Shown here piece by piece: positions 28,674 through 38,124 of a stretch of DNA of 54,859 nucleotides; within the stretch, counting starts at the first letter, position 1; each line of letters starts with the position of its first letter. The DNA is from Candidatus Firestoneibacteriota bacterium (GTDB lineage: Bacteria > Oederibacteriota > D2-FULL-39-29 > JBDRBU01). A model generated the notes under the pieces. That model worked only from the letters and a program-made list of their open reading frames with translations, was not told the DNA's origin and ran no database searches. Location of the stretch: contig JBDRBU010000107.1 of assembly GCA_043822305.1 (NCBI GenBank), positions 1-54,859 on the forward strand, written 5' to 3'. A program made the position numbers and the translations under genes.

Positions 28674-30539
28674 CTATTTATTGGATATCAATGTCTTTAT
28701 TTTATCCAACTCAAATTCAATTTTCTCTGTTTCAGGATCGTTTGGACTTAATTTTAAATATTTTTCCCAGACCTCAACAGTTTCTTTGTATTTCTGAAAT
28801 TCATTAAGATAGACTATACCCAGATTCTTGTATGGAGAAGCAAAAGCAGTGTCTATCTTTATGGAATGTTGATATTCAGCAATGGCATAATCGTATTTTT
28901 TATAAAAATCATATGTCCAGCCCTGATTAAACCTTGCTTTAGCATATATAACTACTATTTCCGATTCAAATGAATCTGCATCGTAATACTTTGTCTCTAA
29001 TTTTCTATACTTAAAATTAAACCATATTTTATCATTTTCTGCTTTTACCTTCTCTATATCTATATAAGAATTACTCTTATATAAACATCTAAGCAATCCT
29101 TGTCCAAGCATAACATAATCAGTTTCTAAACTTTTTTCCCTTGGACCTGTTACAAAAATTCTATGTGAATCAAAATTACAATCCACTAAATCTTTAATAA
29201 CATGTTCTCGTCCATCATAATACTCGAACGGGATAATCAAATTTTTTTCTTGCTCTTTCTTTTGAGTAACATACCAGGTATAGGTTAATTTTTCCTGGTC
29301 CAACACTATGACATCTTTCTTAACCAATTCTACCATTTGCAAATAATCCAATCCCATACTTAATGTATCACCACTTACAATTAAAATAGAATTTGTTGGA
29401 TAACTTTTAATCATATTACCACAAAAATCATACAATAAATAATTATCTGATTTATTAATTCTATAATTTAATCCTATAAAAACAATTAGCAGTATTATTA
29501 AAACGGGATAAACATATTTAAAGATATGTAAAATACCTACACCGAAAAAAATCGCAAATATTAAAAATGAAACCAGATAAAGTCTTTGTAAAACATGTAA
29601 AACAATTTTATCGGAAGTATGACCCAAAAAACACACGAAAAATAATCCACTAAAAACAAAGGCAACTACAAGAAAATAAAAATATTTTTTTAAATTTTTA
29701 TAAGCAAAATAAATACCTGAAAGTCCAATTAAAAACCCGATAATTGTAAAATGTTTAATTAAAGATCTTAAATACACCCAAACTTGTCCATTATTTAAAT
29801 CAAAAAGATGTTCTACATGAAAACTCGTTTTCCCATAATCTGCCCTGGTAACCATATGAATAAAATTACTAAGATTAACAGGGTCATCCCAGTTTAATAA
29901 TGGTCTTAAACTGGCCGCGATAGGAAGATAAATATAAGGAAGTAAACCCAATGAAAATAAGGCCATGGCTTTAATTGGATTTATTTTTAAACTAAATCTG
30001 TTTTTATATAACAAATACAAAAATGCTGGGAATAAAAAAATGACACTAAGATGATGCGATAAACTTAATCCAAGTATAAACGAGAATAAATAAAAAAACT
30101 TTTCTTTTCTTGTTTCATCCCATATCATTAAAATATAAACTAACAAACATACAAAAAAATTATTTAAACCAAAGACTTCTGCCACAATTGAATATTCCCA
30201 GAATGTAGAGACAAAAGCAAGAAATACTGTTGAAAAAATCGACACAACTTCACTTTTAATTAATTTTAAAAGTATTTTATAAAATAATATCAAAGCTAAT
30301 ACCGAGAAGATAGCCGACATTATATTTATTCTATAAGCGATGCTAACTAATGGTAAAAATGTAAAAAGTTTTCCAAGTAAAGTATATAATGGATAACCGG
30401 GAGGATGAGCAATTCCCAAAACATATGGTGCAATTATCATTTCAGAACTATCACCAGTAGCCGTAATTGTAGACGCTAAAGTGATAATATAAACAGAAAG
30501 GATAGCCATAAAAACAATATAATAATATTTTTTATTCAT
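28674..30539 (-). CDS. TMEM260/DUF2723-family GT-C glycosyltransferase with short TPR tail
   Basis: GDSSE, GIAHPPGYPLY, AEVFGLN, SHH, PYIYLP; C-terminal TPRs. Confidence 0.85.
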   Translation of the reverse strand: MNKKYYYIVFMAILSVYIITLASTITATGDSSEMIIAPYVLGIAHPPGYPLYTLLGKLFTFLPLVSIAYRINIMSAIFSVLALILFYKILLKLIKSEVVSIFSTVFLAFVSTFWEYSIVAEVFGLNNFFVCLLVYILMIWDETRKEKFFYLFSFILGLSLSHHLSVIFLFPAFLYLLYKNRFSLKINPIKAMALFSLGLLPYIYLPIAASLRPLLNWDDPVNLSNFIHMVTRADYGKTSFHVEHLFDLNNGQVWVYLRSLIKHFTIIGFLIGLSGIYFAYKNLKKYFYFLVVAFVFSGLFFVCFLGHTSDKIVLHVLQRLYLVSFLIFAIFFGVGILHIFKYVYPVLIILLIVFIGLNYRINKSDNYLLYDFCGNMIKSYPTNSILIVSGDTLSMGLDYLQMVELVKKDVIVLDQEKLTYTWYVTQKKEQEKNLIIPFEYYDGREHVIKDLVDCNFDSHRIFVTGPREKSLETDYVMLGQGLLRCLYKSNSYIDIEKVKAENDKIWFNFKYRKLETKYYDADSFESEIVVIYAKARFNQGWTYDFYKKYDYAIAEYQHSIKIDTAFASPYKNLGIVYLNEFQKYKETVEVWEKYLKLSPNDPETEKIEFELDKIKTLISNK

Positions 30540-31579
30540 AATTTACTATATCGTGTAATAGTAGAATTAGGTCCCATGACTAAATTCCCTGATAAATAAC
30601 TAAAATCCCCTATATATGAATTATCAGATATAATACAATCTTTTAAAACACATCCTTCACCTACTTGGACATTATTCCATAAAATACAACCTTCTAAAAC
30701 AGAATTTTTTCCTATCAAACAATTCTTGCCTATAATAGAAAACTTTTTTACTATTACTCCTTCTTCTAAGATTGAACCATCACCTATATTGACTGGATTA
30801 AAAATTTTAACATTTTTTCCTAATTTTACATTTTTACTTCGCGTACCACCAGAGAGTGCGAGGTTTACCTTTAACCTTCCATTTAAAATATCATAATTTA
30901 TCTGCTTGTATTTTTCGGGTGTTCCAATATCTAACCAGTAAATATCTTTCTTTATATATCCATAAAAATTATTTTTTAATAGTTTTGGGAAAACATCTCT
31001 TTCTATTGAATATACTTTACTTTTTTTCATAAATTTTAAAATACAAGGTTCAATTAAATATACTCCAGCGTTTATGTTTGCTTTTTTCCCTGAAATTTCA
31101 TCCAAACTTGGCTTCTCCAAAAATCTTACTACTTCATTATTTTTATTAGTTTCAACCACACCATATGAGGAAGGATTTTCAACCGGGGTTAAGGCTAGGG
31201 TTAGATTGGACTTTTTCCTTCTATGAAATTTTATCATACTACTTATATTTAAATCTGTAATTATATCTCCATTCATAACTAATGTGGTCGCATCCATAAA
31301 TTTCTCTGCTCGCTTTATGGCTCCACCGGTACCTAAAGGTTTATCCTCATAGATGTATTTAATTTTCATTCCAAACATTTTACTGCCTAAAACTTTTTTT
31401 AACCTTTGAGGTAAATAGCACGCTATTAGAATTACTTCGTCTAGATTATAATTACTTAGCCATTTTAAAATATAAAATATTAAAGGCTGATTAACAACAG
31501 GAATTACAGCTTTAGAAACACTTAAGGTCAGAGGTCTAAGTCTGGTTCCTTCTCCACCAACAAGAATTACTGCTTTCAT
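30536..31579 (-). CDS. NDP-sugar pyrophosphorylase, mannose-1-phosphate guanylyltransferase-like, with hexapeptide-repeat C-terminus
   Basis: KAVILVGGEGTRLRPLT, E..PLGTGGAI, NGDI, YGVV, FLEKP, INAGVY, SIER.VFP, YWLDIGTPE. Confidence 0.85.
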   Translation of the reverse strand: MKAVILVGGEGTRLRPLTLSVSKAVIPVVNQPLIFYILKWLSNYNLDEVILIACYLPQRLKKVLGSKMFGMKIKYIYEDKPLGTGGAIKRAEKFMDATTLVMNGDIITDLNISSMIKFHRRKKSNLTLALTPVENPSSYGVVETNKNNEVVRFLEKPSLDEISGKKANINAGVYLIEPCILKFMKKSKVYSIERDVFPKLLKNNFYGYIKKDIYWLDIGTPEKYKQINYDILNGRLKVNLALSGGTRSKNVKLGKNVKIFNPVNIGDGSILEEGVIVKKFSIIGKNCLIGKNSVLEGCILWNNVQVGEGCVLKDCIISDNSYIGDFSYLSGNLVMGPNSTITRYSKL

Positions 31580-32253
31580 TTTGATACTCCTTTTTTGACT
31601 TCATTAACAATAATATTCACAACTTCATCAATATTTAAATTCGTCGTATCGATTTTTTTAGCATCTTTAACCAACTTTAATGCACCAAAAGACCTGTTTA
31701 CATCTCTCTCATCTCTTTTAGTAAGGTCCTGCCTAACAGTTTCAAAATCTTGTTTCATTCCTTTATTTAGTAATTCTTTATATCTTCTCTTGGCCCTCTT
31801 ATCTCTAGAAGCGTCTATATAAAACTTAAATTCTGCATCAGGGAAGACTAATGAGCCAATATCTCTGCCTTCTAAAACTACTCCACCATTTTTCCCCATC
31901 TTTTGCTGTAATTTAATAAGTATTTTCTTTACACCAACAGAATCGGCTATATCTGATGTATTTTTAGACACCAAAGGATTTCTAATTTCATCGGTTACTT
32001 CGGTCCCATCCATGAAAACTTTTAATTTTTTACCTTCCTTAAACTTTATTTTTGTATTCTTAGCCATCTTAATTAAACTTTTTTCATCTTTTAAATCTAT
32101 CTTGTTTTTTAAAGATTTTAAAGTTATTACCCTGTACATAGCACCCGTATCAATATAACAAAATCCTAATTTTTCTGCAACTAACTTAGCCACAGTACTT
32201 TTCCCAGAACTTACCGGTCCATCTATAGCCATTATCGGTTTTTTTCTTTTCAC
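31576..32253 (-). CDS. cmk: Cytidylate kinase
   Basis: AIDGPVSSGKST, IDTGAMYR, EGRDIGSLVFPDA, RDERD. Confidence 0.95.
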   Translation of the reverse strand: MKRKKPIMAIDGPVSSGKSTVAKLVAEKLGFCYIDTGAMYRVITLKSLKNKIDLKDEKSLIKMAKNTKIKFKEGKKLKVFMDGTEVTDEIRNPLVSKNTSDIADSVGVKKILIKLQQKMGKNGGVVLEGRDIGSLVFPDAEFKFYIDASRDKRAKRRYKELLNKGMKQDFETVRQDLTKRDERDVNRSFGALKLVKDAKKIDTTNLNIDEVVNIIVNEVKKGVSK

Positions 32254-32259
32254 ACTACC

Positions 32260-32604
32260 TCATCCTGGTGGCCATTGCATATGTCTTCCACCAATTAAAT
32301 GCATATGAATATGAAAAACAGATTGACCTGCTTCTGCATTACAATTAACAACTAATCTAAAACCACGATTTGCAATATTTCTTTCTGTCGCAATTTTGTT
32401 TGCCACTTGATACATATTAAACAATATATCTTTATGAGTTTCGTTTATCTCCAAAATTGTCGGTATATGTTCCTTGGGTATAATTAAAACATGCACAGGA
32501 GCTTGAGAGTCAATATCTTCAAAGGCTATACATTTATCATCTTCATATACAATCTTACTTGGAATTTGTTTCTGCACTATCTTACAGAATAAACATCCTA
32601 ACAT
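32260..32604 (-). CDS. hinT: Histidine triad nucleotide-binding protein
   Basis: CLFCKI, QAPVHVLIIPK, GQSVFHIHMHLIGGR..WPPG. Confidence 0.95.
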   Translation of the reverse strand: MLGCLFCKIVQKQIPSKIVYEDDKCIAFEDIDSQAPVHVLIIPKEHIPTILEINETHKDILFNMYQVANKIATERNIANRGFRLVVNCNAEAGQSVFHIHMHLIGGRHMQWPPG

Positions 32605-32621
32605 TAGTTTAACTCCTTTCT

Positions 32622-32659
32622 AAAATAGGGGACATAAAATAGGGGACAGATACCTATTT
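32622..32659. repeat. GGGACA-core palindromic repeat with partial tandem duplication
   Basis: AAAATAGGGGACAT-AAAATAGGGGACAGATACCTATTT. Confidence 0.8.
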
Positions 32660-33933
32660 CAGACAATCACCATCCCCAGATTAAAATCATCAACTTTAAG
32701 TAGTTTAACTTTTACGATTTTATTTATTAAACTTTCATCTGCATTTTCCAAACTCATTTTTATATAATTTGAAGATATTCCCTTAAATAGTCCCGAAATT
32801 TTATCTTTAGTTGATTCTACCAAAACTTCAAGTTCTTTACCCATAAAACTTTTAATAATCTCTTTTGAATTTAAACTACATATCTCCTGGGCTTCCAGAT
32901 GTCTTTTATTTTTAATATCGTCATTAACCTTGTTAAAAAAATTGTACGCATCAGTACCTATTCTATCAGAATATGTAAAAATATGCACCTTTAAAAATTG
33001 AATTTCTTCTATAACCTTGCAAGTATTATTAAAATTTTTATCATCTTCTCCAGGAAATCCAACAATTACATCAGTTGTAATAGATATGTCTTTTATTTTA
33101 TCTCTAGCATAACTTGCTATTTCTTTATAATCTTTTATCAAATAATTTCTCTTCATTTTTTTTAAAATCTCATCATCTCCGCTTTGTAATGGTATGTGTA
33201 AATGATTACAAATTTTAGAAGTTGTAGAAATTAAATCTATAAGTTCTCTTGATATATATTTCAGTTCGATAGAACTTAGCCTGATTCGACCTATATCTTT
33301 TATGTCAATAAGTGCTTTTAAAACCTCTAACAATCTAATTTCATTATCCAAATCTTTTCCATATGAGCCTAAGTTTATACCTGTTAAAACTATCTCCTTA
33401 TATCCTTTTTTAGTTAATCTTTTTACTTCATCAACTAGATCATTAAGGTTTCTACTTTTAATTTTTCCTCTAACATATGGCACCTTACAATAAGAACAAA
33501 AATTTTCACATCCATCTTGAATCTTTACAAATGCCCTAGTATGCCCATAAAAATCAGATATTTTTAAACCAAAATTTCCCTCACTTTCTTTACTTTCCCT
33601 ACTTTCTCCACTTTTCCCAATCACCTGCAATATTTTACCTTTGGATTCATTTTCTAAAATAAACTGGGCACCTTTAATGTTTTTATTCTCATTAGCCAGA
33701 CATCCTGTAACCACCACTGTAATAAAAGGATTATCTCTTATGGCTTTATTTATCTTTAAATACGAATCTCTCTCTGCTGTGTGAGTTACTATGCAAGTAT
33801 TAATAATGTAAAAATCTGCTTTTTTAATATTATTAGTTATTAGAAAGCCATTTGACTCAAGCAATTCCCTCATGGCTTGAGATTCGTACTGATTAACTTT
33901 ACAACCTAAGGTATCAATTACCGCTGTTTTCAT
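32659..33933 (-). CDS. mtaB: tRNA t6A37 methylthiotransferase
   Basis: TLGCKVNQYES, INTC.VT, VTGC, RAFVKIQDGCENFCSYC, RIRLSSIE, H.F.YS.R.GT. Confidence 0.92.
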   Translation of the reverse strand: MKTAVIDTLGCKVNQYESQAMRELLESNGFLITNNIKKADFYIINTCIVTHTAERDSYLKINKAIRDNPFITVVVTGCLANENKNIKGAQFILENESKGKILQVIGKSGESRESKESEGNFGLKISDFYGHTRAFVKIQDGCENFCSYCKVPYVRGKIKSRNLNDLVDEVKRLTKKGYKEIVLTGINLGSYGKDLDNEIRLLEVLKALIDIKDIGRIRLSSIELKYISRELIDLISTTSKICNHLHIPLQSGDDEILKKMKRNYLIKDYKEIASYARDKIKDISITTDVIVGFPGEDDKNFNNTCKVIEEIQFLKVHIFTYSDRIGTDAYNFFNKVNDDIKNKRHLEAQEICSLNSKEIIKSFMGKELEVLVESTKDKISGLFKGISSNYIKMSLENADESLINKIVKVKLLKVDDFNLGMVIV

Positions 33934-35045
33934 TTTTTCACTAATATATCAGCCCTTAAGATTTTCTTACCGTCTATCTTTACTTCTATCATTGGCCAAT
34001 TTGGAGTTTCTGAAATAACTTCGATTTTATCTTTTCTGACAATTATAGTATCTTCGCTTTTAGTTCCAGTAATAGAAGGATTCCAAGCAAAACCTTGATT
34101 AACCAAAACCACTTCATTATTTTCTGATGTTGCCTTGTAATCTCTACCTGCATATCCTGTGCTTCCACCCTGATGATGAAGTCTCCACTCATCTTCAAAA
34201 CCAGTTTGTTTATAAATGCTTAAAGCTTTTTTAAATATCTCGCCAACATTTGCTCCAACTATAGTATTTAAATTAAAGGCCGCATCTACTTTTACCACTG
34301 CATTGTGCTTCTTTCTTAATTCAGAAGGTATCTTCCCAAAATGAACAATACGAGTTAAAGACACTATAAGACCCCATTTTCTGGCACAAACTACAACCAT
34401 GACAACTTTTTTAATCTTTTTATTTGTAGGAATTGGATGTCTATACTTTGAAATTCTATCATCAGCCGCTACCAGCAAAACTACCGGAGTTATACCCTCT
34501 TTTAATAATTCCTGCGATAAAGCACCAGCAACCTCAAATTCTGTATCTCCTCTTTTAATCTTTTTACATACATCGACCATGGCCTTTCCTGACATTCCTC
34601 CAAGCCATTTGTACCTCTTGATTTCTTCTTCTGTAAGCGAATATCTTAAACGAGCAAACACATTATCAATATTTTTATATCCTCCAAATCCATCATCTGT
34701 GCCTATATTCCCGCTATTTACAATCTTTTTAATGATTCCTAATTTTTTAGCATCTTCCCACCAATTGTATTTTTCTAATATAAAATCCTGTCCTTTAACT
34801 TCTTCATCCATAATCCGACACGCTTCTATGTTGCTTGTAATTATATATTTTTTATCGTGTGTAACGAGTATCGAGGCCACACCATCTTGAGATGCAGTAA
34901 CAACATGATTATCCCCTCCTCTTGTCCACCAGGCAAAGTTATTCTGCTTTGTAATTAAAATCCCATCTAAATTATGTTTTTTTAAAAATTGCCTAACTCT
35001 TTCTTCTTTCTCTAATATTTCCTTTTCTAAATTAATATTTAACAT
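33930..35045 (-). CDS. M24 family (Xaa-Pro-like) peptidase
   Basis: Creatinase-like N-domain; YRHP, HHQGG..GY, WNPSI.G.KSEDT. Confidence 0.82.
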   Translation of the reverse strand: MLNINLEKEILEKEERVRQFLKKHNLDGILITKQNNFAWWTRGGDNHVVTASQDGVASILVTHDKKYIITSNIEACRIMDEEVKGQDFILEKYNWWEDAKKLGIIKKIVNSGNIGTDDGFGGYKNIDNVFARLRYSLTEEEIKRYKWLGGMSGKAMVDVCKKIKRGDTEFEVAGALSQELLKEGITPVVLLVAADDRISKYRHPIPTNKKIKKVVMVVVCARKWGLIVSLTRIVHFGKIPSELRKKHNAVVKVDAAFNLNTIVGANVGEIFKKALSIYKQTGFEDEWRLHHQGGSTGYAGRDYKATSENNEVVLVNQGFAWNPSITGTKSEDTIIVRKDKIEVISETPNWPMIEVKIDGKKILRADILVKK

Positions 35046-35115
35046 GTCTTTTCCCCTCCAGAGACTATACAGTAAATATTCAGTGAAAGCCCTCTAACTT
35101 TTAATTCCCCCTTTT

Positions 35116-35153
35116 AATTCCCCCTTAATAAAGGGGGTTAGGGGGTTGTTCTA
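35116..35153. repeat. CCCCCTT..AAGGGGG..GGGGGTT palindromic repeat, copy 1
   Basis: AATTCCCCCTTAATAAAGGGGGTTAGGGGGTTGTTCTA; a direct copy lies at 40329..40366. Confidence 0.85.
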
Positions 35154-35156
35154 ATT

Positions 35157-36734
35157 TCACTTCTTCATGGCCGGTGCAATAAAAACTTTCATGTTTTTTA
35201 TCTGTTTATCTTTCAGACTAACTAAAACCCCACGAGCCTTATCCAATGGAACTTCAAAAAACGAGAACTTATCAAGTATGTTTAAATTTTTTATCAATCG
35301 ACCATCTATTTTTGCTTCATTTTGAATGGCGGAAATAAAATCCCTGGTGTTCATATTTTGTGCCTTGCCGATGTTAATAAATAATCTGACCATCCCCGGC
35401 TCTGCCCCGGTATTATTTAAATCATCGTCGTCAAATTCTTCGTCATCGGTACCTATTATTATTTTAAGCATCGCGGCGGCCACATCCAAAGAAGTATAAT
35501 CTTCGCTCAGCAAAGATTCAACATAACTAACATATTTTGACAAATGCCCTTCTTTGATTATTTTCTTTATTCTTTCAAGTAAAAGGTTGTTCCTTATTTC
35601 CTCCACTTCATCGAATGAAGGGACTTTCTGACGGAGTATATTTACTTTTGCATATCTTTGTATATCCTTTAACTCGTAAATTTCCCGACCGACGACAAAG
35701 GTAAACGCTTTGCCTGCTTTCCCCATTCTTCCTGTCCTGCCTATCCGGTGAACATATCTTTCTTCGTCCTGAGGCATATCATAATTAAAAACCGCTTCTA
35801 TATCATCAATATCCAATCCTCTGGCCGCAACATCGGTGGCTATAAGAATTTCTACTGCACCGCGTTTGAATTTTGCCATCACTCTGTCCCTGGACACTTG
35901 CTTTAAATCACCGTGAAGACCAAGTGCGGAATAACCTCTGGACACAAGATGATCAACAACTTCATCGACCTCTTTTTTGGTGTTACAGAAAACAAGCGAT
36001 GATTTGAGATTATAAAAATCTATAAGACGTGATAATGTTTCGATCTTACCACCTTCCCTTACTTCGCAGTAATATTGTTCCGTATTTGGAACGGTTAAAA
36101 CTTCATGAACCACCTTCACCATAATTGGGGATTTTTGATATTTATGCGTCAAACCAAGAAATTCTTTTGGCATCGTAGCCGAAAAAAACATTGTTTGCTT
36201 TTCTTTCGGAGTCTTCCTTAAAATCGTTTCAATATCATCAACAAATCCCATATCAAGCATCTCATCCGCTTCATCCAAAACAGCCATTTTAATACCTCTT
36301 AAATCAATAGTTCCCCTGTCTAAATGATCAAGAACCCTGCCCGGAGTTCCAACTATTATCTGCACACCAATTTCAAGAGCTCTTAACTGTCTGTCTATCG
36401 CCTGCCCTCCGTAGACGGCAAGCACCTGAACTCCTCTTTTATGTTTTGATAATTTCCTGAATTCCTCAGAAACCTGAATAGCAAGTTCTCTTGTCGGGCA
36501 TAAAACAATTGCCTGCGGCTTCTTATTTCGTGCATCTATCTTCTCAATAATCGGAATTCCAAAAGCAAGCGTCTTTCCCGTTCCTGTCTGCGCCTGACCG
36601 CAAATATCCTTGCCCTGCCTTAATAAAGGAATGGACTGTGCTTGTATCGGGGTTGTTTCTTCAAACCCCATGTCATCAATTGCTTTTTTTATTTCAACCG
36701 GAAGATTTAAATCTTCAAATCTTACTTTTTGCAT
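35157..36734 (-). CDS. deaD: DEAD-box RNA helicase with DbpA RNA-binding domain (DeaD/CsdA-like)
   Basis: AQTGTGKT, PTRELA, TPGR, DEAD, SAT, ARGLD, HRIGRTGR; C-terminal RLFINIG. Confidence 0.9.
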   Translation of the reverse strand: MQKVRFEDLNLPVEIKKAIDDMGFEETTPIQAQSIPLLRQGKDICGQAQTGTGKTLAFGIPIIEKIDARNKKPQAIVLCPTRELAIQVSEEFRKLSKHKRGVQVLAVYGGQAIDRQLRALEIGVQIIVGTPGRVLDHLDRGTIDLRGIKMAVLDEADEMLDMGFVDDIETILRKTPKEKQTMFFSATMPKEFLGLTHKYQKSPIMVKVVHEVLTVPNTEQYYCEVREGGKIETLSRLIDFYNLKSSLVFCNTKKEVDEVVDHLVSRGYSALGLHGDLKQVSRDRVMAKFKRGAVEILIATDVAARGLDIDDIEAVFNYDMPQDEERYVHRIGRTGRMGKAGKAFTFVVGREIYELKDIQRYAKVNILRQKVPSFDEVEEIRNNLLLERIKKIIKEGHLSKYVSYVESLLSEDYTSLDVAAAMLKIIIGTDDEEFDDDDLNNTGAEPGMVRLFINIGKAQNMNTRDFISAIQNEAKIDGRLIKNLNILDKFSFFEVPLDKARGVLVSLKDKQIKNMKVFIAPAMKK

Positions 36735-36749
36735 TTTTCACCTCACTAA

Positions 36750-37823
36750 TTACACATTAAATCTGACGCCAATAATATCTCCATCTTCAACAATATAATC
36801 TTTTCCTTTTAAATAAAATTTTCCTGCTTCTTTTAAACTCTTCTCGGATCCAAAAGAAATCAAATCGTCGTATTTCATTACTTCAGCACGAATAAACCCT
36901 TTTTCTAAATCAGAATGTATTGCCCCGGCTGCCTGCGGAGCACTGGATCCCGCTCTTATAGTCCATTGCTTTACTTCATCCGAGCCAACACCAAAAAAAG
37001 AAATCAAATCAAGTGCCTTAATACATACTCTTTTTAAAATATCAATAGCCGGTTCACTTATCCCAACTTCTTTTAGGAACGCCTGTCTTTCGTCTTCTGT
37101 TTCCAAAACAGCTATCTCTGCCTCAACTTTGGCTGAGACGCACATCATATTAATTTTAAATGGCGCAAAATATGTTTCGAGTTTTTTTATTTCAGATTGA
37201 TCCTTAAGATCTTTCTCCGAAACATTTAAAACAACTATCATTTCCTTAAATGTAATTAACGGATAGCTGGATAATATTTTTTTATCTTCGCTCTTCATTT
37301 CCAATAAGCGTAATGGCTTTTCTTTTTCAAGATGCTGTTTTAATTTAAACAATAATTCTTTTTCCTTGATGGCAGAATCAACCATCAATCTTTTTATGTT
37401 TTTTTCTATTCTTTCCAAACGTTTTTCAATAAACAACAGATCGTTAAGAATAAGCTCAGAATTTATTTCCTCAATATCTCTTTTGGGATCAACCGAACCG
37501 CTAAGATGATACACGGAATCGTTATGGAAAGATCTAACGACATGGCATAAAACATCCACAACATTTATTTCTTTTAAAACCTCTTCTTTGGCCAAATCAC
37601 CTTTTCCCAATTTAGGCAATAAAACCAGATTTATCTTTGCTCTGGCTAATTTTTCCGGGTTATACATATGGGCAAGTTTTTCAAACCGAGGATCAACAAT
37701 TTCCGCAATCCCTTCAATAGGTTTACCTGATAATATATCATTTTCACTAAGATTATGCCTGGTTATCAATTCAAATAGTGTTTTTTTGCCTGTCTGTGGA
37801 AAACCTATGATTCCTATTTTCAT
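36750..37823 (-). CDS. ychF: YchF/OLA1-family ATPase with atypical P-loop
   Basis: KIGIIG..., CHVVR.F, APQAAGAIHSDLEKGFIRAEV, GKDYIVEDGD; the P-loop reads GFPQTGKKT. Confidence 0.85.
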   Translation of the reverse strand: MKIGIIGFPQTGKKTLFELITRHNLSENDILSGKPIEGIAEIVDPRFEKLAHMYNPEKLARAKINLVLLPKLGKGDLAKEEVLKEINVVDVLCHVVRSFHNDSVYHLSGSVDPKRDIEEINSELILNDLLFIEKRLERIEKNIKRLMVDSAIKEKELLFKLKQHLEKEKPLRLLEMKSEDKKILSSYPLITFKEMIVVLNVSEKDLKDQSEIKKLETYFAPFKINMMCVSAKVEAEIAVLETEDERQAFLKEVGISEPAIDILKRVCIKALDLISFFGVGSDEVKQWTIRAGSSAPQAAGAIHSDLEKGFIRAEVMKYDDLISFGSEKSLKEAGKFYLKGKDYIVEDGDIIGVRFNV

Positions 37824-37829
37824 ATGATT

Positions 37830-37838
37830 ATTATACCA
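37830..37838 (-). promoter_or_regulatory. Extended -10 promoter (TGgTATAAT), probably giving a leaderless ychF mRNA
   Basis: TGGTATAAT, then AATCAT, then the ATG. Confidence 0.55.
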
Positions 37839-37898
37839 TTATTCCTTCATTTAAAAAAGATTTTTTTATCGTTTGTAGACAAAGGAAGTTTATAGATA

Positions 37899-38054
37899 CT
37901 ACCTTTTCTCAGGATTTTTTAGGTTTACATTTATATGATTCTTCGAAAGATAAAGATAATATGCAGAAGTAGTAATACAAAATCCTTTAGGGATAAGTAA
38001 CCCTAATTTGTTTATTTCACCTAAGTTATATCCCCTACCACCTGTTAATGACAT
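37899..38054 (-). pseudogene. Remnant of a PEP synthase/PPDK-like nucleotide-binding N-terminal domain
   Basis: MSLTGGRGYNLGEINKLGLLIPKGFCITTSAYY matches GGKGxNLGELxxxGxPVPxGFxITTxAY; stops after 51 aa. Confidence 0.75.
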
Positions 38055-38073
38055 AAATGGGGACACCTTATTT
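38050..38073. repeat. GGGACA-core palindromic repeat (degenerate)
   Basis: GACAT-AAATGGGGACACCTTATTT. Confidence 0.6.
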
Positions 38074-38124
38074 AAATAATGTTTATCACTTTTTCATTTT
38101 CGTTTTTAACTTTATCCATTTCTT

